From the NCBI RefSeq assembly GCF_000019605.1, contig NC_010482.1, positions 1,320,001 through 1,352,000 of the forward strand: a stretch of 32,000 bases of DNA, written 5' to 3'. Shown here one piece after another: positions 26,306-32,000 of this stretch. Made by a program: the position numbers and the translations under genes. Position 1 is the stretch's first letter. Every line of letters starts with the position of its first letter. The stretch comes from Candidatus Korarchaeum cryptofilum OPF8 (GTDB lineage: Archaea > Korarchaeota > Korarchaeia > Korarchaeales > Korarchaeaceae). The notes under the pieces are model-generated. The model had not been told where the DNA came from. It worked only from the letters and a program-made list of their open reading frames with translations, and ran no database searches.

Positions 26306-26800
26306 TCATAGGCCCCCGCCTATTCTCATCTCCTCCCTTTTTTCCTTTACTCTCGCTAGAGTCCCCAGCATCTTCCAGTAGTGGGATCCGAACCAGAATA
26401 CCTTCCCGCATTTCCTGCACAACAAGAACCTCCTGTGCCCCCTAATAACCTCCCTAGGCAGCTCAATACCTATTTCCCGATTTCTGACGATCGAGAGGGG
26501 CTCGTCGCAGAAGGGGCACCTCGTCCCCCTCGGGTCTATCCTCAGCCTGATCCCCAGATTCGATATCGAGACCATAGCTGCCATCAGATCCTGAGGCACC
26601 TCATGTGCCTCCAAGTTCATCTTCCTAGCTCTCTCCAGGAGCTCATGATCCCTAGTTATGAGGACAGCTCCCCCCGCGAGCTTCAGTACGGAGGAATCGT
26701 CCTCTTTAGGTGAAACGTATTTGACGCTGTGGCCGAGGATCCTGAGCCACTTAGCGATCTTCCCGCTCATCGAATCGACGATGAACTCCATGAGGATCAC
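26306..26800 (-). CDS. Mut7-C RNase domain protein (COG1656/DUF82; PIN-like domain plus zinc ribbon)
   Basis: The N-terminus is F.VDSMSGKIAKWLRILGH. The C-terminus has CPFC...CRKCGKVFWFGSHYWKM. Confidence 0.75.
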   Translation of the reverse strand: MILMEFIVDSMSGKIAKWLRILGHSVKYVSPKEDDSSVLKLAGGAVLITRDHELLERARKMNLEAHEVPQDLMAAMVSISNLGIRLRIDPRGTRCPFCDEPLSIVRNREIGIELPREVIRGHRRFLLCRKCGKVFWFGSHYWKMLGTLARVKEKREEMRIGGGL

Positions 26801-26807
26801 TTTAATG

Positions 26808-26880
26808 TAGCCCCGCCCGGATTCGAACCGGGGTCTCCGGGTCCAAAGCCCGGCGTGCTTGGCCGCTACACCACGGGGCT
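26808..26880 (-). tRNA. tRNA-Gln (anticodon UUG)
   Basis: The reverse complement is AGCCCCGTGGTGTAGCGGCCAAGCACGCCGGGCTTTGGACCCGGAGACCCCGGTTCGAATCCGGGCGGGGCTA. It has an A1:U72 pair and loop CUUUGGA. Confidence 0.9.
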
Positions 26881-26987
26881 CCGGCTCACTATGGGATAGG
26901 AGCTATTAAGCTTTACCTCCCCCAGCTCATGAGAGTGAGCGGCATAGCTGAAAGGGATTCGGAAGGTAGCTGGAGCTCTTAGCTGAG

Positions 26988-27074
26988 TGCGGGGGGTGGG
27001 ATTCGAACCCACGAGGGCCTGACGCCCAACGGATCTTGAGTCCGTCGCCTTGAACCTGGCTCGGCCACCCCCGC
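26988..27074 (-). tRNA. tRNA-Leu (anticodon CAA), with a long variable arm
   Basis: The reverse complement is GCGGGGGTGGCCGAGCCAGGTTCAAGGCGACGGACTCAAGATCCGTTGGGCGTCAGGCCCTCGTGGGTTCGAATCCCACCCCCCGCA. The loop is CUCAAGA. Confidence 0.9.
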
Positions 27075-27078
27075 TTCA

Positions 27079-27957
27079 TCATTGATCTGCTCCATCAAGA
27101 TTTAAAGATTTTGCGGGGGCCGGCCTGAGCTTCTCGTAATGCAGTATACCGGTTAGAGTCTTCGGGATCATCCTTTTAACCATTCTCTTGTAGAATTCCG
27201 TCGGATCCGGGGACTTCCTTATGAATACAGCTTCTCTCCTTGAGCGGGAGATCCTCAGCGGGGGCCTCAGCCTGACAGGGGAGAGGCCATCCGCCACTAC
27301 GTAGAGGAAGGGGGAAGTGGACCAGACTTCCACGACCGAGGAGGACGGTACTACTATAGATCTAACAGCGGGCACGAGGCTCGGGGGCCAGGGGGCCACG
27401 TAAGATATAGCTATGTTATCGCAACGGGGATCCAATACCGGGCCTCCCGCGGCTAGGGAGTAAGCGTAGGATCCGGTGGGCGTCGCCACTATGATCCCAT
27501 CGCATATGCACTCACCCAGGGGGGCATCGTCTATAGCCAGGCCGAGCCTGGAAGATTTCCCAAGCTTGCCGCTCCTCACCAGAAATTCGTTCAGGGCTAT
27601 TAGACTTAATTTCGAATCTATTATCTCTAATGTGAGAGCATGCTCCAACCAGAACTCCCCTTCCCTCAGGATCTCAGGTATTATATCTAACTGCGTTGAA
27701 TCGAACTCCAGTAATGTCCCGAAGGTCCCATCCTTAACTCCCAGGATTGGGAGGCTCCCCACCTGATGGAATGCCCTCAGCACAGTTCCGTCCCCGCCTA
27801 TGACTACGGCCACCTCCGCCTCCCTATGGTCCTCCACTACCTCGATTTCATTCGAGAGTAGGGAAGATCTCAGCCTCTCGAATATCCTATAGGACCTCTC
27901 CCTATCCCTATTGTAGAGCAGTACGACTTTACTCACCCTGAATCCCTTTTCATGCAT
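27079..27957 (-). CDS. ppnK: NAD(+) kinase
   Basis: Motifs VVIGGDGTVLRA, NEFLV and DGIIVATPTGSYAYSLAAGGPVLDP are present. Confidence 0.85.
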   Translation of the reverse strand: MHEKGFRVSKVVLLYNRDRERSYRIFERLRSSLLSNEIEVVEDHREAEVAVVIGGDGTVLRAFHQVGSLPILGVKDGTFGTLLEFDSTQLDIIPEILREGEFWLEHALTLEIIDSKLSLIALNEFLVRSGKLGKSSRLGLAIDDAPLGECICDGIIVATPTGSYAYSLAAGGPVLDPRCDNIAISYVAPWPPSLVPAVRSIVVPSSSVVEVWSTSPFLYVVADGLSPVRLRPPLRISRSRREAVFIRKSPDPTEFYKRMVKRMIPKTLTGILHYEKLRPAPAKSLNLDGADQ

Positions 27958-28009
27958 CCCGAGTTGATTCGCGGGCCAAAATATTTAATGTTAGTATGGG
28001 GGATGGGGT

Positions 28010-28510
28010 GTGTTGATCTCGAGTAGGATGGCGGAATGCCTTGAGGACATTCAGAGCGTGAGGGTAATAGCTAAGAAGGACTTAAATTTCGAGAGGCTGG
28101 GTATAAGGATTTTCAAGGATGTCGAGACTGAGGTACCGAGGTGGCTGGCTGAGATACTCGAGGAGGAGGGTGCCTGCGAGGTGATAAGGGGGGGCCCGGA
28201 GATAATAAGCGAGAGGCTGTATAAGGAGAAGGTCTCGATACTATTCGCTGAGCTCCCCCAGGAGACCTTTCAGATCATAAGGGATGTGGTAAGGGGGAGC
28301 CCGGAGGATTCCCTGATAAGGAGGGATGCTATAGAGCTAGTTAACAGGAGGTTGGGGAAGATAATGGACTATCTCAAGGCATCCATACTCCTCACATCCA
28401 AGAAGCCCCCGAAGAACTTATTGGTCGAGGAGCTAATACTTTATAACGCCCTGAAGTCCATCATAGAGGAGTGGATGCGCTCCTTCGTAGGGGTAAGGGT
28501 TGACCGGTAA
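28010..28510 (+). CDS. GINS complex subunit (Gins23-like by synteny). The likely start is the ATG at 28028.
   Basis: It is a small helical protein with VPRWLAEILEEEG, the GINS-like 'P.W.A..L' motif. Its stop overlaps the MCM start by 1 nt. Placement of a GINS gene directly upstream of mcm is known in Crenarchaeota. Confidence 0.5.
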   Translation: MLISSRMAECLEDIQSVRVIAKKDLNFERLGIRIFKDVETEVPRWLAEILEEEGACEVIRGGPEIISERLYKEKVSILFAELPQETFQIIRDVVRGSPEDSLIRRDAIELVNRRLGKIMDYLKASILLTSKKPPKNLLVEELILYNALKSIIEEWMRSFVGVRVDR

Positions 28511-30621
28511 TGGTGGAGAAATCCCCTCTAATGAGCTCAGAGGAGCTGGTCGAGAAGTATAAGAGCTTCATCAGGTACTACAGGGACGAGAACAACGAGC
28601 CCATCTATCAGAAGGCACTAGCACAATTAATAGAGGAACAGAGGAGGTCCTTGAGCGTTAATTGGTACCATTTATATAATTTTAACCCTGATTTCAGGGA
28701 AATAGCTGAGGATATTGTGATGAATCCCTCCCTGCATATCTCAGCGGGCTCCTCAGCAATCAAGGAGCTTGTGATGGAGCTAATGCCGATGACTGAGGAG
28801 TTCAGGATATACAGCGAGGGCGACTTTCACTTAAGGTTCTACAACGTCCCAACTAAGGCCTCATTCAGGGATTTAACGAAGTTCTCGATAGGGAGATTGA
28901 TAGAGATAGAGGGTATAATAACCAGGGTCTCAGATATCTACGATAAGCTCGTCAGGGCATCATTCATCTGTACTAACTGCGGGAGGATTGAGGAGATAGA
29001 TATAATCGGGGAGAAGCTCAGGGTTCTGGAGAAATGCCCTGAGTGTGGCGCTCCAATGAAGCTGGATCATGAGATGAGCAAGTTCATAAGGTGGCGTAGC
29101 GTCAGGATTCAGGAGAGGCCCGAGGACTTGCCACCGGGTATGATGCCGGAGCACGTGGATGGAATACTCACCGATGATATAGTTGACGATGTGAAACCCG
29201 GGGACAGGGTCAGGGTGACTGGGATAATAAGGATAAAGCCGGCTAGGAGGGATGAGGGAAGGGAGGGGCTCATATATAAGAGGTACTTGGAGATAATACA
29301 TGTAGAAGTCCCGAATAGAGTTTACGAGAAGCTAGAGATAACTCCAGAGGATGAGGAGGAGATACTGAAGCTCTCTGAGAGGGAGGATCTGGAGGAGCTC
29401 ATAGTGAAGTCCATAGCCCCCTCCGTATTCGGTTGGGCCGATGTGAAGAGGGCAATAGCTTACGCTCTATTCGGGGGGAGCACGAAGATACTGGCTGACG
29501 GCTCTAAAGTGAGGGGGGAGATAAATGTACTTCTGGTGGGCGATCCAGGTGTCGCTAAGAGCCAGCTCCTCAAATACACAGCTCAGCTAGCCCCCAGAGG
29601 GCTCTATACGACTGGGAAAGGCTCCACTGCTGCTGGACTGACAGCAGCAGTCGTGAGGGATTCCGCGACCGGAGGATGGACTCTGGAGGCCGGGGCCTTA
29701 GTGCTAGCGGATATGGGAGTAGCGTGCATAGATGAGTTCGATAAGATGAGCGAGGACGATAGGAGATCAATACATGAGGCTATGGAGCAGCAGACTATTT
29801 CAATAGCGAAAGCTGGCATAGTAGCAACCCTAAATGCCAGGACAACGATAATAGCTGCTGCAAATCCTAAGAAGGGGAAATACGATGATTATGTGACGGT
29901 AGCCGAGAACATAAACCTACCACCGACCATACTATCGAGGTTCGATCTCGTCTTCATAATGAAGGACAGGCCTGGGGTGGAGTCTGATAGCATGGTGGCT
30001 GAGCACATACTCATAACTAGGATGGGGAGGAATCCTGAAGCGAAGCCCCCGATAGATCCTAATCTCCTCAAGAAGTACATAGCTTACGCTAAGCAGAACA
30101 TAGACCCTATACTCACGGATGAAGCGGCTGAGAGGATAAAGAATTACTACGTAGATGTGAGGGGGAGGGGTATCAAGGAGAGTGAGGAAGGGATCGTTCA
30201 GGATCTGATTTCGATAACCCCGAGGCAATTGGAAGCCCTGATAAGGTTGAGCGAAGCTAGGGCCAGGATGCACTTGAGGAGGGAGGTGACAGCTGAGGAT
30301 GCTGAGATGGCGATAAACCTGATGGAGATAACTCTCAAGGGGGCGGCCTACGATATAGTATCGGGACACTTCGATATAACCGGATGGATGACCGGCATCT
30401 CGTTCCCCGAGGTGAAGAGGAGGGAAGTGGTTTTCCAGATCATAAAACAGCTGGCCGAGGGGAGTGAGGATGGCCTAGTGGATAGGGACGTTGTAGTGAG
30501 GATGGCGGCGGAGAGGCTCAACCTGAAGGGGAAGGAGTACGTCATCGAAGATATACTCAGGAAGCTCAATGAGGACGGCCTGATAATATTCCCGCCGGGA
30601 GGGAAGATAAGGCTCATATAA
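28510..30621 (+). CDS. mcm: replicative helicase MCM
   Basis: The 703-aa ORF has the zinc finger CTNCG...CPECG, Walker A GDPGVAKSQ, Walker B CIDEFDKM, the arginine finger SRFDL and a C-terminal wHTH-like tail. No intein is present. Confidence 0.95.
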   Translation: MVEKSPLMSSEELVEKYKSFIRYYRDENNEPIYQKALAQLIEEQRRSLSVNWYHLYNFNPDFREIAEDIVMNPSLHISAGSSAIKELVMELMPMTEEFRIYSEGDFHLRFYNVPTKASFRDLTKFSIGRLIEIEGIITRVSDIYDKLVRASFICTNCGRIEEIDIIGEKLRVLEKCPECGAPMKLDHEMSKFIRWRSVRIQERPEDLPPGMMPEHVDGILTDDIVDDVKPGDRVRVTGIIRIKPARRDEGREGLIYKRYLEIIHVEVPNRVYEKLEITPEDEEEILKLSEREDLEELIVKSIAPSVFGWADVKRAIAYALFGGSTKILADGSKVRGEINVLLVGDPGVAKSQLLKYTAQLAPRGLYTTGKGSTAAGLTAAVVRDSATGGWTLEAGALVLADMGVACIDEFDKMSEDDRRSIHEAMEQQTISIAKAGIVATLNARTTIIAAANPKKGKYDDYVTVAENINLPPTILSRFDLVFIMKDRPGVESDSMVAEHILITRMGRNPEAKPPIDPNLLKKYIAYAKQNIDPILTDEAAERIKNYYVDVRGRGIKESEEGIVQDLISITPRQLEALIRLSEARARMHLRREVTAEDAEMAINLMEITLKGAAYDIVSGHFDITGWMTGISFPEVKRREVVFQIIKQLAEGSEDGLVDRDVVVRMAAERLNLKGKEYVIEDILRKLNEDGLIIFPPGGKIRLI

Positions 30622-30630
30622 GGGATCCGG

Positions 30631-32000
30631 ATGGGCTTGAATGAGTTCTTGAGTAGAGTAGGAGTTAAGGAGCTCTACCCGACTCAGAGGGAGATCTTGG
30701 AAAGGGGGCTCGTTAGCGAGGGGAATTTCGTGCTGGCAGCCCCTACTGCCTCCGGCAAGACCCTGGCGGCTGAGATTGTGATGAATGAGGAGCTGGAGAA
30801 GGGGGGAAAGATAGTCTACCTAGTCCCTCTCAGGTCCCTAGCTTACGAGAAGTACGAGGAGTTCTCCAGGGTCTTCGATAAGTGGAGCGTTAGGGTATCT
30901 ATAGGCGACTACGATTCCTCGGATGAGCCCCTGGGGAAGCATGACCTCATAGTGATGACCTATGAGAAATTCGACTCCCTCCAGAGGCACAGGAGCTCCT
31001 GGCTGAGTAGCGTGAGCTTACTGGTCCTGGATGAGGTTCACTACGTGGGCGATCCGAGCAGGGGGCCAACTCTCGAGATGGCCGTATCCAAGTTCATGCA
31101 TGAGAATCAGTCGAGGAGGATAGCCTTAAGCGCCACTATAACTAACTTGGAGGAGATAGCCGATTGGTTGCAGGCCGTCCCGATAAGGGTCGATTGGAGG
31201 CCTGTCCCCCTGAGGGTGGGGATGTACGTTGAGGGGAAGCTGATATATCCGGATGGGGAGGAGAGGCTCGAGGGGGAGGGGATAATACCTCTGCTTAGGA
31301 AGTGCTTAGTTGAGGGGGGCCAGGCCATAGTTTTCTACAATAGGAGGAGTGATGCCGTATCCTGGGCCGAGAAATTAGCTTCTCACTTCAATATGAGTGG
31401 TGAGTTACTTGAGGAAGTGAACTTATCCTCCTACGGCTCCTCCAAGCTCCTTGAGAAGCTCTCCAATGTGATGAGGAGGGGGGTGGCTTTCCATCACGCT
31501 GGCCTGCCCTTCGAGCTGAGGAGAGCCGTGGAGAGGGCCTTCAAGAGGGGCTCAGTCAGGATATTGACGGCCACACCCACTCTCGCAGCCGGTGTGAACT
31601 TACCAGCTAGAACCGTGATAGTGAGCTCCTACATGAGGTACAACCCTAAGCTGGGCAGGATGACTCCCATCTCTATCATGGAGTTCTGGCAGATGGCCGG
31701 CAGGGCCGGAAGGCCTGGCTACGATCCCTACGGGGAAGCTTACATAATAGCTAAGCGGAGCGAGGCTAAGAGGGTATTCGAGTACATAAGCTCCGAGCCC
31801 GAGCCCATCTCATCCAACTTGCACGATACATCTCTACTGAAGAACCACTTGCTGGCCCTTATAGCGAGCATGGAGCCGATATCCTCGGGGGAGATACTCG
31901 ATATATTCAAGAGGACTCTCCTTTACATTCAGGGAGGGGATAAGTTCCTGAGGAGGACCATACCTTTCCTCCTGGATTCTCTAAAGGAAGCTGGATTCCT
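30631..32000 (+). CDS. hel308: Hel308/Hjm-type Ski2-like DNA helicase, N-terminal approx. 456 aa (runs off the right edge)
   Basis: Own translation from the ATG at 30631 gives MGLNEFLSRVGVKELYPTQ..., motif I AAPTASGKT, motif II DEVH, SAT, TPTLAAGVNLPA and QMAGRAGRPG. It is absent from the ORF track because it is truncated. Confidence 0.85.
   Translation, partial: MGLNEFLSRVGVKELYPTQREILERGLVSEGNFVLAAPTASGKTLAAEIVMNEELEKGGKIVYLVPLRSLAYEKYEEFSRVFDKWSVRVSIGDYDSSDEPLGKHDLIVMTYEKFDSLQRHRSSWLSSVSLLVLDEVHYVGDPSRGPTLEMAVSKFMHENQSRRIALSATITNLEEIADWLQAVPIRVDWRPVPLRVGMYVEGKLIYPDGEERLEGEGIIPLLRKCLVEGGQAIVFYNRRSDAVSWAEKLASHFNMSGELLEEVNLSSYGSSKLLEKLSNVMRRGVAFHHAGLPFELRRAVERAFKRGSVRILTATPTLAAGVNLPARTVIVSSYMRYNPKLGRMTPISIMEFWQMAGRAGRPGYDPYGEAYIIAKRSEAKRVFEYISSEPEPISSNLHDTSLLKNHLLALIASMEPISSGEILDIFKRTLLYIQGGDKFLRRTIPFLLDSLKEAGF

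Overview
Archaeal chromosomal window, probably from a hyperthermophile: the rRNA and tRNA genes are conspicuously GC-rich compared with the protein-coding DNA. FtsZ, an Spt4/Spt5/Rpo7 set and GINS-MCM-Hel308 sit alongside crenarchaeal-style features: no tRNA in the 16S-23S spacer, no linked 5S, and a Sulfolobales-like 24-nt CRISPR repeat. This resembles a deep-branching TACK or Korarchaeota-like lineage, but I cannot verify the organism. Most of the window is core information-processing genes. (i) 1.1-6.2 kb holds nep1-rnp4-rps19e-PDCD5-rpl39e-rpl31e-aIF6-pfdA-ftsY-argF. (ii) 6.5-11.75 kb holds a 16S-23S operon whose 23S carries a 545-nt archaeal-type intron encoding a single-motif LAGLIDADG endonuclease. 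(iii) 11.85-15.8 kb is a small low-density accessory stretch with an orphan 5-repeat CRISPR array, a coiled-coil/PD-(D/E)xK-like protein, a membrane-anchored beta-sandwich protein, a 4-OT tautomerase and two ORF-free stretches. (iv) 15.8-19 kb on the minus strand holds rps27ae-rps24e-spt4-rpo7-PIN, two tRNAs and aRF1. (v) 20.2-20.9 kb is a tRNA cluster. (vi) 21.2-25.1 kb holds ftsZ-secE-spt5-rpl11-rpl1-P0. (vii) The remainder holds tyrS, a Mut7-C RNase, two tRNAs, NAD kinase and GINS-MCM-Hel308. Eleven intron-less tRNA genes were found by hand-folding. I see no complete multi-gene defence or mobile system. The most interesting items are the rRNA intron and its unusual ORF geometry, an AU-rich replacement of the helix-71 loop just downstream of the intron, the orphan CRISPR array, a tail-less P0 without a linked L12 gene, and a tRNA-Gly(CCC) with C33. 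CDS coordinates follow the ORF track. My hand-derived RNA and motif coordinates may be off by 1-2 nt.
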